A stretch of 64,000 nucleotides of DNA from an uncultured Rhodospirillaceae bacterium (GTDB taxonomy: Bacteria > Pseudomonadota > Alphaproteobacteria > UBA828): NCBI GenBank assembly GCA_963997635.1, contig CAXEND010000013.1, forward strand, positions 1,279 to 65,278, in the 5' to 3' direction. This document shows positions 42,432 to 51,723 of the stretch, in pieces. The stretch's first letter is position 1. Every line of letters begins with the position of its first letter. A program made the translations under genes and the position numbers. A model generated the notes under the pieces. The model saw only the letters and a list, made by a program, of their open reading frames with translations, did not search any database and had not been told where the DNA came from.

Positions 42432-43850
42432 ATGGGTAAAGAAATTCTAATAGTTGATGATGAGGTAGACATTCGCCTTTTAATATCGGGGATACTTAAA
42501 GATGAAGGATATACTACGAGGCTTGCAGGCAATAGTTCAGAAGCTCTTTTATCCTTTGAGAATAGTCCACCACCTGCTTTAGCAATTTTTGATATTTGGC
42601 TTCAAGGCAGTGACCACGATGGAATGCATCTCCTAGATGCTTTTCATAAGAGATACCCAAACCTACCAGTATTAATGATAAGTGGGCATGGTAACATAGA
42701 AACTGCTGTTTCATCTATTAAGAAAGGTGCTTATGACTTCATTGAAAAACCATTCAAGAGTGATCGATTAATCTTACTAGTTCAAAGAGCGCTTGAAGCA
42801 GCACGGTTACGCAGAGAAAATGAAGAATTAAAACTGAGAGCTAGTCCTATAACAGAGCTAGTTGGGTCATCCAGTTCTATAAATAACGTCAGAGGTGCAA
42901 TAGAAAGAGTTGCCCCAACAGGTAGTAGAGTATTAATTTCTGGTCCATCAGGCTCAGGTAAGGAAGTTGTGGCAAGATTAATCCACCAAAATTCTAGAAG
43001 ATTTTCTGGCCCATTTATAACCGTCAATGCCGCAATTTTAACCCCAAATAGCCTTGAGAGAGAATTGTTTGGAGAGGAAGAATATGTGGAAGGTACAAAT
43101 ACAGTTAACTTAAAAAAAATAGGCCTTTTAGAACAAGCACACGGAGGAACTTTGTTTATTGACGGTGTGACTGATATGCCCATGGAAACTCAGGGAAAAA
43201 TAGTTCGTGTATTACAAGATCAAACATTTGAACGTGTCGGTGGATCAAAAAAAGTAGAAGTAGATGCAAGAGTTATTGCCTCAAGTATTTTGGATATAGA
43301 GACAGAAATTACTAAAGGCAACTTTAGAGAAGATCTTTTCTACCGTTTAAATGTTGTCCCCTTAAAAATACCTGCACTTAATGAAAGGCGTGAAGATATA
43401 CCAGACCTTGCAAAGTTCTTTATGGCAATCGCTTCATCAACATCTGGATTACCCTCTCGAGACCTTACAAGTGATGCTTTGATGGCCCTTCAAGCAAGTG
43501 AATGGCCTGGTAATGTTAGACAATTAAGAAATGTCATAGAATGGTTACTTATTATGGCACCTGGATCAAAAAATGATCCAATTACAGCAGATGTCCTCCC
43601 ACCTGAACTCACAGGTGGTTCCACAACTTTTTCTACATTGGAAAGAGATGGTGAAATTATGTCTTTACCACTAAGAGATGCAAGAGATGTATTTGAAAGA
43701 GAATATCTTACAGTTCAAATAGATAGATTTGGAGGAAATATATCACGAACTTCAGAGTTTGTTGGTATGGAAAGAACGGCCCTTCATAGAAAGTTAAAGA
43801 CACTTGGTATAGTAGATAATACAAAAAGAAGAGATTCTATAGCATCGTAA
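42432..43850 (+). CDS. ntrX: response regulator NtrX (receiver + AAA+ sigma54-type domain with degenerate GAFTGA + Fis-type HTH)
   Basis: Receiver domain (DIWLQ), Walker A GPSGSGKE and a C-terminal HTH. The GAFTGA position reads YVEGTN. Confidence 0.88.
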   Translation: MGKEILIVDDEVDIRLLISGILKDEGYTTRLAGNSSEALLSFENSPPPALAIFDIWLQGSDHDGMHLLDAFHKRYPNLPVLMISGHGNIETAVSSIKKGAYDFIEKPFKSDRLILLVQRALEAARLRRENEELKLRASPITELVGSSSSINNVRGAIERVAPTGSRVLISGPSGSGKEVVARLIHQNSRRFSGPFITVNAAILTPNSLERELFGEEEYVEGTNTVNLKKIGLLEQAHGGTLFIDGVTDMPMETQGKIVRVLQDQTFERVGGSKKVEVDARVIASSILDIETEITKGNFREDLFYRLNVVPLKIPALNERREDIPDLAKFFMAIASSTSGLPSRDLTSDALMALQASEWPGNVRQLRNVIEWLLIMAPGSKNDPITADVLPPELTGGSTTFSTLERDGEIMSLPLRDARDVFEREYLTVQIDRFGGNISRTSEFVGMERTALHRKLKTLGIVDNTKRRDSIAS

Positions 43851-43894
43851 AATTATTTTTTTGGAACTAAACCTTTAAACTTGAGCAGATAAAT

Positions 43895-45271
43895 ATGCGA
43901 ATTATAGTTTGTGGAGCAGGACAAGTCGGTTCTAGCATTGCACGACAGCTTGCTGGAGAAGCAAATGATGTTACCCTAATCGATCATGATGCAGAAATTG
44001 TTAGAAAAAGAGCAGATACTCTTGATGTTCGATGCATACATGGCAATGCATCACTTCCAGATGTTCTTGCCGATGCTGGTGCAAAAAGTGCAGATATGCT
44101 CATAGCGGTAACTTTTTCTGATGAAGTCAATATGATTGCTTGCCAAGTAGGTCATTCAATTTTTGGAATACCAGAAAAAATTGCAAGAGTAAGGCATCAA
44201 AGCTATTTAGATCGTACATGGGTAGATTTATATAGAGCTGACCATATGCCCATTGACCTTATCATTTCACCAGAAATAGAAGTTGCTAGAGCAATTGAAA
44301 GGCGCTTAGAAGTGCCAGGTGCACTTGATATGCTTAGATTTGGAGATGATAAACTTAGAGTGATCTCAATCCGATGTGAAGAAAAGTGCCCAGTAATTAA
44401 TACACCTTTGCGTCAACTAACAGAAATATTTCCAGAATTAAATATTGTAGTACTTGGTATTCGTCGTAGCGATAAACTAATAGTTCCAAGAGCTGAAGAT
44501 CAGATGCTCATCGGCGATGAAGTATATTTTGTTTGTGATGCCCAACATACTGAAAGAGCACTTGCAGTATTTGGACATGAAGAACCTGGAGCAAGAAGAG
44601 TAGTTATAGTTGGAGGGGGCAATATTGGTTTATATCTTGCCAGAGATCTTGAAAAACATCACTCTGAATTGCAACTCAAGATAATTGAGGTCAATCACGA
44701 AAGAGCAAAGTATTTAGCAGATGAACTATCTCGGACTACCGTAATTCATGGTAGTGCGCTTGACCCAGAAATCCTAAGTGAGGTTAATATTGGACTCTCA
44801 GAAGCTATGATAACAGTTTCTAATGATGATGAAGTAAATATTTTGTCCTCATTACTTGCTAAAAGGGCTGGATGTAAACTAGTTATGACTCTTGTAAATA
44901 ATCCTACTTATGCACCTCTACTTGGAGATCTTGGTGTTGATGTTGCAGTAAGTCCTAGAGAGTCAACTGTTTCTACAATTTTACAACGTATTAGGCGTGG
45001 AAGGATTATCGCAGTTCACTCTGTTCAGGATGGATTAGCTGAGATTGTAGAGGCCGAGGCAATGGAAACATCTCCATTAGTAGGCAAACCAATTTCCGAG
45101 GTAAAACTTCCCTCAGGAATTCTAATAGGAGCAATTTTACGAAAAGACCTAGTAATTATTCCGCGCTCTGACACAATTATTGAACCTCATGATCGAGTCA
45201 TTACATTTGTGGCAGCGGGCGCCGTAAGAAAGTTGGAGAAACTTTTCGCAGTCAGCCTCGAATATTTTTAA
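43895..45271 (+). CDS. trkA: Trk potassium uptake protein TrkA
   Basis: Two tandem TrkA-N (GAGQVGSS / GGGNIG Rossmann) plus TrkA-C units. 458 aa. Confidence 0.9.
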   Translation: MRIIVCGAGQVGSSIARQLAGEANDVTLIDHDAEIVRKRADTLDVRCIHGNASLPDVLADAGAKSADMLIAVTFSDEVNMIACQVGHSIFGIPEKIARVRHQSYLDRTWVDLYRADHMPIDLIISPEIEVARAIERRLEVPGALDMLRFGDDKLRVISIRCEEKCPVINTPLRQLTEIFPELNIVVLGIRRSDKLIVPRAEDQMLIGDEVYFVCDAQHTERALAVFGHEEPGARRVVIVGGGNIGLYLARDLEKHHSELQLKIIEVNHERAKYLADELSRTTVIHGSALDPEILSEVNIGLSEAMITVSNDDEVNILSSLLAKRAGCKLVMTLVNNPTYAPLLGDLGVDVAVSPRESTVSTILQRIRRGRIIAVHSVQDGLAEIVEAEAMETSPLVGKPISEVKLPSGILIGAILRKDLVIIPRSDTIIEPHDRVITFVAAGAVRKLEKLFAVSLEYF

Positions 45272-45290
45272 TTCTATCAGGATATAGGAA

Positions 45291-46151
45291 ATGACACGAA
45301 TAGCATATGTAAATGGTCAATACATACCCCATGCTGAAGGATATATCCATGTTGAAGATAGAGGCTATCAATTCGCTGATGGTGTCTACGAAGTATCTGG
45401 AGTTTGGAAGGGAAGTATTATTGATGAGGATCTGCATTATCAGAGACTCAGAAGGTCTCTTCAAGAGCTAGAGATGTCAATGCCTATGTCAATAAGTTGC
45501 CTAAAAATTATTTCTAGAGAGCTAATTAAACGCAATATAATTTCTGATGGAATACTTTATCTCCAAATAACACGTGGTGTCGCACCTAGAGAACATGAAT
45601 TTCCGGGAAAAAGAAAACAAGGAATTGTAATGACCTCAAGGGCTATAAAATGGCCAAAAGAAATACAGAATATTGGTGAGAAAATAATATCAGTTAATGA
45701 TATTCGTTGGACGAGGCGAGATATCAAATCGATATCTCTTTTACCTAATATTTTAGCTAAACAGATGGCCGCTAATGCAAATGCCTATGAGGCATGGCTA
45801 ATAGATGAAAAAGGATTTGTTACTGAAGGGTCATCTTCAAATGCTTGGATTGTGGACCAAGAAAACAAAATTATCACACGTAATTTAAATGAAAATATTC
45901 TAGGAGGAATAACTAGAATGACCATTCTTAATCTAGCCAATGAAAATGGGTTAGAAGTTATAGAAAGACCCTTCAGTATTGAAGAAGCTAAAAATGCAAA
46001 TGAAGCATTTTTAACAAGCACTACATCTTTTATCAAAGGCATAGGTAATATTGATGGAACAACTATACGTAATGGTGCTGTGGGACCAATTACTTCACAA
46101 CTGCATAAACTATACATTCAACACTGCCAGAACCTAGAGAAAAACAAATGA
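45291..46151 (+). CDS. dat: D-amino-acid (D-alanine) transaminase, fold-type IV PLP enzyme
   Basis: Strong similarity to Dat (EDRGYQFADGVYEV, ITRG, IRWTRRDIKSISLLPNILAKQ, TEGSSSN). The trkA-dat-hfq order is conserved in alphaproteobacteria. Confidence 0.88.
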   Translation: MTRIAYVNGQYIPHAEGYIHVEDRGYQFADGVYEVSGVWKGSIIDEDLHYQRLRRSLQELEMSMPMSISCLKIISRELIKRNIISDGILYLQITRGVAPREHEFPGKRKQGIVMTSRAIKWPKEIQNIGEKIISVNDIRWTRRDIKSISLLPNILAKQMAANANAYEAWLIDEKGFVTEGSSSNAWIVDQENKIITRNLNENILGGITRMTILNLANENGLEVIERPFSIEEAKNANEAFLTSTTSFIKGIGNIDGTTIRNGAVGPITSQLHKLYIQHCQNLEKNK

Positions 46152-46807
46152 ATCCAAAAGCAGTTATTTTTGACTGGGATATTACACTTGTAGACAGTGT
46201 CAAGGCCATTCATGGGTCATTAAAACAAACGTTTATAGAATTTGGCAACCCAAGCCAAGCTTGGTCAATTGATGATGTTTTAGAATGGCTCAGAAAATCA
46301 ATGAGAGTAAGTTTTAAAGATCTTTTTGGTGACCAAGCAAAGGAAGCCGCAGACTATTTTTACATACAATATCATAATAATCATTTGAAAAAAGTTAATT
46401 TAATGCCAAATGCCCTCGAAACTTTAAAATTCCTTAAAGGCTGTAATGTTAAGCTATTTGTTGTTAGCAGTAAAAAAGGGGAACTAGTTCGTGCGGAGGC
46501 ATCAACTCTAAAAATTCAAAATTATTTCTCTAGAATTGTTGGATCATCTGACGCTATCGAAGATAAGCCCGCAAAAGGTTCAATGGATTTTGCTATAGAA
46601 AAACACAATATTACTCTACAGAATGACGTTTGGTATGTAGGTGACTGTGGAATAGATGTAGTTTGTGCTCGCAATTCTGGCTGCTACTCAATAATAATAG
46701 GCAAAGCACCTGCTTTAGTTGGAGAAACAATTCACAAACCAGACAAATTTTTTTCTAACCATAAAGCATTTCAAGACTTTATAAAAACTAAAGTTAACAC
46801 CATATAA
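46148..46807 (+). CDS. HAD-superfamily hydrolase (phosphoglycolate phosphatase-like)
   Basis: Motif I DWDITLVDS (DxD), a cap region, and a C-terminal GDCGIDV motif. It overlaps dat by 4 bp (ATGA). Confidence 0.75.
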   Translation: MNPKAVIFDWDITLVDSVKAIHGSLKQTFIEFGNPSQAWSIDDVLEWLRKSMRVSFKDLFGDQAKEAADYFYIQYHNNHLKKVNLMPNALETLKFLKGCNVKLFVVSSKKGELVRAEASTLKIQNYFSRIVGSSDAIEDKPAKGSMDFAIEKHNITLQNDVWYVGDCGIDVVCARNSGCYSIIIGKAPALVGETIHKPDKFFSNHKAFQDFIKTKVNTI

Positions 46808-46919
46808 AGAGTATTGATAAACTATGAATATTTTTGTTTAAGTGTTCAATAAAACAACTATAATTTTAATTTGCCGAAACTACCCTAATAAATAAACATA
46901 AAAAAACGGGGGTAAAAAA

Positions 46920-47162
46920 ATGGTGAACGAAAAAACTCAGAACCTTCAGGATGTATTTTTAAACAACGCACGAAAAACAAAGTGCCCTGTTACAATTTTT
47001 CTTGTAAATGGGGTAAAATTGCAAGGTATTATCACATGGTTTGATAATTTTAGTATGTTATTACAAAGAGACACCCACGCACAGTTGGTTTATAAACATG
47101 CCATTTCAACAATAATGCCAAATCAGAGTTTAGATTTATTTAATGAAGATAATGTGGATTAA
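46920..47162 (+). CDS. hfq: RNA chaperone Hfq
   Basis: Sm1 and Sm2 motifs ([25 protein letters not shown]...YKHAIST), 80 aa. An RBS-like GGGGG lies upstream. Confidence 0.95.
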   Translation: MVNEKTQNLQDVFLNNARKTKCPVTIFLVNGVKLQGIITWFDNFSMLLQRDTHAQLVYKHAISTIMPNQSLDLFNEDNVD

Positions 47163-48505
47163 TTAATTGGAGCCAAGCAATTCAGAATATTGAGAATAAA
47201 AATTCACAGGGTACCGCAGTAATTTTTCCCATCATAGAATTACATAAGGGCAAAAAATTAGCTCACAGATGTCCAGAGGCTAGAATAGCAGAATCTGTAT
47301 GCTTAGTAAAAGCAATTGGCCTTAAACCTTTATATACAGAAACTATAAATTTAAATTCGCCAAAGTCTTCGACTCTCATAGGAACTGGAAAGTTAGATAC
47401 TTTAACAAAAGTAATAGATCTTTATAAAATTGAAATAGTTGTAATTGATAGTCATCTAAATGCTATCCAGCAGAGAAATTTAGAAAAGAAGCTACAAGTT
47501 AAAGTAATTGACAGAACAGCTTTAATTCTTGAAATATTTGCTGCTAGAGCAAGAACGAAGGAAGGCCGATTACAGGTTGAACTTGCCGCACTCACTTACC
47601 AACGAAGTAGATTGGTAAGGTCTTGGACGCATCTAGAACGCCAAAGAGGTGGATTTGGATTTCTAGGTGGACCAGGTGAAACACAAATAGAAGCAGATAA
47701 AAGACAAATTGATGTAAGAATTAAAAAAATTAAACAATCCTTATCTCAAGTTGTAAAAACAAGAAAATTACATAGATCTGCCCGCCAAAGGATACCATAT
47801 CCAATTATCGCACTCGTTGGATATACTAATGCGGGAAAATCAACATTATTTAATCAACTCACAGGTGCATCTGTTAAAGTCGCCGATCAACTTTTCGCCA
47901 CTCTTGATCCTACTATGCGTGCACTAACGCTCCCTTGTGGTCAAAAGTGTATATTGTCTGACACTGTAGGTTTTGTCTCCGAACTTCCACATGATCTGAT
48001 TTCAGCATTCAGAGCTACATTAGAAGAAGTAGTAACAGCCGATATAATCGTTCATGTCCGCGATATTTCTCACATAGAGACAAAAAATCAGAAATTAGAC
48101 GTAATGCAAGTACTAGCGGACCTTGGTTTGGAAAATAAAACTGGAAATAATCAAATAATAGAGGTTTGGAATAAAATTGACTGCATTACAGAATCTACAA
48201 AAAACTCATTAAGATCTAGGACATATAAAGATTCATTGCACAGAAAAATAATGGTATCGGCCACAAATGGTGAGGGGATTAGGGCTTTGATTGATGAAAT
48301 CAGTCTTAGTTTACAAAAAAATAAAAAAATTATTACAGCATGTGTACCTATAATTAATGGTGCTATACAGGCATTAATTCATCAAAAGGGCCAAGTGCTT
48401 GAAACAAAGAGTAATGATGAATTCACTTGGCTAACTGTCAGATTGCAGGATAGTGATATAGCTCGTATCAGCACCCAAAAAGACGTCATTATTTACCATC
48501 ACTGA
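47162..48505 (+). CDS. hflX: GTPase HflX (start codon unresolved)
   Basis: The frame is open from 47153. The N-terminal HflX domain (RTALILEIFAARARTKEGRLQVELAAL...WTHLERQRGG) and the G domain (GYTNAGKSTLFN, DTVGF, NKID) are both present. The first in-frame ATG/GTG/TTG is the TTG at 47612. Confidence 0.8.
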   Translation: MNWSQAIQNIENKNSQGTAVIFPIIELHKGKKLAHRCPEARIAESVCLVKAIGLKPLYTETINLNSPKSSTLIGTGKLDTLTKVIDLYKIEIVVIDSHLNAIQQRNLEKKLQVKVIDRTALILEIFAARARTKEGRLQVELAALTYQRSRLVRSWTHLERQRGGFGFLGGPGETQIEADKRQIDVRIKKIKQSLSQVVKTRKLHRSARQRIPYPIIALVGYTNAGKSTLFNQLTGASVKVADQLFATLDPTMRALTLPCGQKCILSDTVGFVSELPHDLISAFRATLEEVVTADIIVHVRDISHIETKNQKLDVMQVLADLGLENKTGNNQIIEVWNKIDCITESTKNSLRSRTYKDSLHRKIMVSATNGEGIRALIDEISLSLQKNKKIITACVPIINGAIQALIHQKGQVLETKSNDEFTWLTVRLQDSDIARISTQKDVIIYHH

Positions 48506-48568
48506 ATAAACAGACATAAAAAATGAAGAATTAAGGCTTTAATATTTAAAAATCATGCATCTAACTGG

Positions 48569-48597
48569 TTGACACTAAGTATTTACCCTCCATATAT
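48569..48597 (+). promoter_or_regulatory. candidate heat-shock promoter upstream of groES (sigma32-like: TTGACA ... CTCCATAT, about 13 nt spacer)
   Basis: The -35 TTGACA lies at 48569-48574 and a CCCCATNT-like -10 (ctccatat) at 48588-48595. Pattern match only. Confidence 0.45.
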
Positions 48598-48602
48598 ATC
48601 GA

Positions 48603-48629
48603 TTAGCACTCTGTGGTCTTGAGTGCTAG
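48603..48629 (+). promoter_or_regulatory. CIRCE element (HrcA operator) TTAGCACTC-N9-GAGTGCTAG
   Basis: An 8/9 + 9/9 match to the CIRCE consensus TTAGCACTC-N9-GAGTGCTAA, 56 bp upstream of the groES ATG. Confidence 0.85.
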
Positions 48630-48684
48630 GTATAAATAAATAATTTTTTTAGATTTAAGTTATGTAAATTTGGGAGATAACCCT

Positions 48685-48972
48685 ATGAATTTAAAACCCC
48701 TTCATGACCGCGTTGTGGTTAAACGAATAGAAGAAGAAACAAAAACTGCTGGTGGAATTATTATTCCTGATAGTGCTCAAGAGAAACCAGCCCAAGGAAA
48801 AATCCTTGCTGTAGGGCCTGGTTCTAGAGGCGAAGACGGTAAAATACAAACTATGGACGTAAAAAAAGGCGACAATGTACTTTTTGGAAAATTTTCAGGA
48901 ACAGAAGTCAAAGTTAATGGTGAAGACCTGATAATTATGAAAGAAAGCGACATTATGGGTATTATTGGTTAA
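48685..48972 (+). CDS. groES: co-chaperonin GroES
   Basis: [14 protein letters not shown]...mobile loop [10 protein letters not shown]. 95 aa. ATG at 48685. Confidence 0.95.
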   Translation: MNLKPLHDRVVVKRIEEETKTAGGIIIPDSAQEKPAQGKILAVGPGSRGEDGKIQTMDVKKGDNVLFGKFSGTEVKVNGEDLIIMKESDIMGIIG

Positions 48973-49014
48973 AAGATAATTAATTATAATCAAACAAAAA
49001 TGGAATAACTGATC

Positions 49015-50664
49015 ATGACTGCACGATTTCTCTCTTTTTCAGACCAAGCAAGGGAACGCATGCTACACGGCGTCGATATTTTAACAGACGCGGTCAAAGT
49101 AACTCTTGGCCCCAAAGGCAGAAACGTTCTATTTGAGACAAATATGGGGCAATTACGTGTCACCAAAGATGGTGTAACGGTTGCAAAAGAAATAGAGCTT
49201 AAAGATCGTACAGCAAACATGGGAGCTCAAATAGTCAAGGAAGCCGCGAACCGAACAGCTGAAATTGCTGGAGATGGTACCAGCACATCAACTATTCTAG
49301 CTCACGCTCTCATACATGAAGGGTCAAAAGCAGTAACATCAGGAATGAATCCCATGGACTTAAAACGTGGGATTGATCTTGCTGTTGCAAAAGCCATAAA
49401 ACATATATTGTCAAAGGCAAAACCTGTTGCTAATCATGATCAAATTACTCGGGTCGGGACCGTAGCCTCTAATAACAATAAAGAAGTTGGAGAAATGATC
49501 TCTAAAGCGATGAAAGAGGTGGGAGAAGACGGCGTCATAACAGTAGAAGAGGGTTCAGGAAGAGAAAATGAACTCGAAATTGTAGAGGGTATGCGTTTAG
49601 ATAAAGGTTTCATTTCACCTTACTTTGTAACTGAAAAAAATGGTTTGGTTTCTAACCTTTTAGACGCGTATATATTAATTGCAGATCATAAAATATCCGA
49701 CGCTAAAGCACTTATTAATTTAATGGAAAAAGTAACCTCGGAAGGTAAAGGGCGTTCACTATTTATAATAGCTGATGATGTTGAAGGTGATTCTCTTGCA
49801 GCAATGGTAGTAAACCACATGCGAGGTGTCCTTAAGTGTGCAGCAATAAAAGCACCTTCTTTTGGTGACCGGAGAAAAGGAATATTAGAAGACATTGCTA
49901 TTCTAACTGGAGGAAAAGTTTTAACCGAAGAACTCGGCTCAAAATTAGAAGATCTAAATCTGAATGAACTTGGAAATGCAAAAAGAATAGAGATGGACAA
50001 AGACGAAACCATGATTGTGGGTGCAAAAGGAAGCAACCAATCAGTAAAAGATCGTTGCGATCAAATTAGACGGGCTATGGCATCTGAAGATTCTGAATAT
50101 GAAAAGGAAAGATATCAAGAACGTCTAGCGCGTCTCGTAGGTGGAGTAGCTATCTTACGTATAGGCGGATCTAGCGAAGCTGAAGTGAAAGAGAAAAAAG
50201 ACTTAGTTGACGATGCTCTCCATGCAACACGTTGTGCTGTAGAAGAGGGGATAGTTCCTGGGGGAGGAGTTGCCCTGCTATACGCATCTAAATCACTTAA
50301 ACGACTTAAGGGTGAAAATTCTGACCAAGATCGAGGGATTGAGATTGTTAGAGAGGCTCTTTCAGCTTCAGTGAAAGCTATAGCAGATAATGCTGGTGCA
50401 AAAGGAGAACTTGTAGCCAGCAAACTCTTAGATCAAAAAGATCAAGAATATGGTTACGATGCAGCAATAGGAAAATACTGTAACCTTGTTAAAGCTGGAA
50501 TCATTGACCCTGCAAAAGTAGTCAGAACAGCCTTACTAGATGCTGCATCAGTCGCAAACTCAATAATAACTGCAGAAGCAGCTATAGTTGAAGATGATAC
50601 CGCACATGAAGTAGAAGAAGATGAGGAGGACAAATACATAGGAACTGCGTACGATAATTACTAA
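49015..50664 (+). CDS. groEL: chaperonin GroEL (divergent; acidic C-terminal tail, no GGM repeats)
   Basis: ATP-binding motifs DGTSTST, GGGVALL and the VEGM apical segment are conserved. The C-terminus ends ...IVEDDTAHEVEEDEEDKYIGTAYDNY. Confidence 0.92.
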   Translation: MTARFLSFSDQARERMLHGVDILTDAVKVTLGPKGRNVLFETNMGQLRVTKDGVTVAKEIELKDRTANMGAQIVKEAANRTAEIAGDGTSTSTILAHALIHEGSKAVTSGMNPMDLKRGIDLAVAKAIKHILSKAKPVANHDQITRVGTVASNNNKEVGEMISKAMKEVGEDGVITVEEGSGRENELEIVEGMRLDKGFISPYFVTEKNGLVSNLLDAYILIADHKISDAKALINLMEKVTSEGKGRSLFIIADDVEGDSLAAMVVNHMRGVLKCAAIKAPSFGDRRKGILEDIAILTGGKVLTEELGSKLEDLNLNELGNAKRIEMDKDETMIVGAKGSNQSVKDRCDQIRRAMASEDSEYEKERYQERLARLVGGVAILRIGGSSEAEVKEKKDLVDDALHATRCAVEEGIVPGGGVALLYASKSLKRLKGENSDQDRGIEIVREALSASVKAIADNAGAKGELVASKLLDQKDQEYGYDAAIGKYCNLVKAGIIDPAKVVRTALLDAASVANSIITAEAAIVEDDTAHEVEEDEEDKYIGTAYDNY

Positions 50665-50674
50665 AATTCCTTCT

Positions 50675-50708
50675 AACACTTCAATTTTCAAGTGTTATGT
50701 TTTGATTT
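50675..50708 (+). terminator. weak hairpin (AACACTT-N8-AAGTGTT) followed by a T-rich tract between the convergent groEL and mazG
   Basis: Read directly from the sequence. The 7-bp stem has low GC content. It could act as a terminator in either direction. Confidence 0.35.
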
Positions 50709-50754
50709 AAGTCTTATTAGTGTGTGGTAACAGGGTTTTTTCCCTGAAAGGTTT

Positions 50755-51663
50755 CTAATCACTATGTTTTTTAACTTTTAACCAAATTTCATTTAGCTCA
50801 TCATCACTAAGTTCTTTAATTTCTTTATTTTTTTTCTTAACTATATGCTCTAACTTCCTGAATCTATTCTCAAACTTTAAGTTAGCATCTTGCAATAAAG
50901 TTTCTGAGTTTGAATTAAGTTTTCTGGCAAGATTAACACATGAAAACAAAAGATCTCCAAGCTCCTCCTGAAGAGAATCTTGATAAGCAGATTTGTTGTT
51001 ACCAATTTTGGTCGACCTAGACGGATTGGAACCATCACTAAGTGTTTGATTTTCCATATGCATTATTGCATTATAAACTTCCATAAGTTCTTCATTTACT
51101 TTTTGATATGCACCAAACCAATCAGGCCAGTCAAACCCAATACGAGATGCTCTTTTCTGAAGTTTTTCAGCACGAATTAAAGCAGGGAAAACATCTGGCA
51201 CATCATCAAGAGCACTTAGGTCTTTATCAGAACTGCTAGCTTTTATCCTACGTTCAAGTTCCTTAGTATCTTCCCATTTATTTTCATGAGTTTTTTCAGA
51301 AGAGGGAGGAGTCTGACCTGAAAAAACATGCGGATGCCTCTTAACCATTTTCTCGGATATATGATTAGCAACTTCATTAAATGTAAAAATATTTTTTTCT
51401 TCTGCAATTCTGGAAATGAATACAACTTGAAACAAAAGATCTCCTAATTCCTCCTTAAGCCCAGACATATCTGAATTACGAATTGCAGCTATAACTTCAT
51501 ATGCCTCTTCAATAATATATTTAATTAGAGATTCAAAAGTCTGAGATAGATCCCACTCACAACCATCTGTGGGTGACCTCAATTGTTCCATAGTATTTAA
51601 AAGCTTTAAAATACCAGAGTTTTCATTGATAATATCGTTTGAGGACCCATTACTTCTTGACAT
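50755..51663 (-). CDS. mazG: nucleoside triphosphate pyrophosphohydrolase MazG
   Basis: Two tandem MazG-like domains (EEAYEV...ELGDLLFQ repeated). 302 aa. Confidence 0.88.
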   Translation of the reverse strand: MSRSNGSSNDIINENSGILKLLNTMEQLRSPTDGCEWDLSQTFESLIKYIIEEAYEVIAAIRNSDMSGLKEELGDLLFQVVFISRIAEEKNIFTFNEVANHISEKMVKRHPHVFSGQTPPSSEKTHENKWEDTKELERRIKASSSDKDLSALDDVPDVFPALIRAEKLQKRASRIGFDWPDWFGAYQKVNEELMEVYNAIMHMENQTLSDGSNPSRSTKIGNNKSAYQDSLQEELGDLLFSCVNLARKLNSNSETLLQDANLKFENRFRKLEHIVKKKNKEIKELSDDELNEIWLKVKKHSD

Positions 51664-51723
51664 ATTTATATACCTAAATCTAAAACTATAATACGCATAA
51701 TATATATTATGTTAAATAATATA

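Noticed and set aside
47150-47165. Programmed frameshift or hfq-hflX fusion to explain the missing hflX start
   Set aside because: hfq ends with a clean TAA at 47160-47162 after a full-length Hfq. The hflX frame has its own stop at 47150-47152 just upstream. A fusion would need stop-codon readthrough plus a frame change, so non-canonical initiation or a sequencing error is the simpler explanation. I kept it as a finding rather than a claim.
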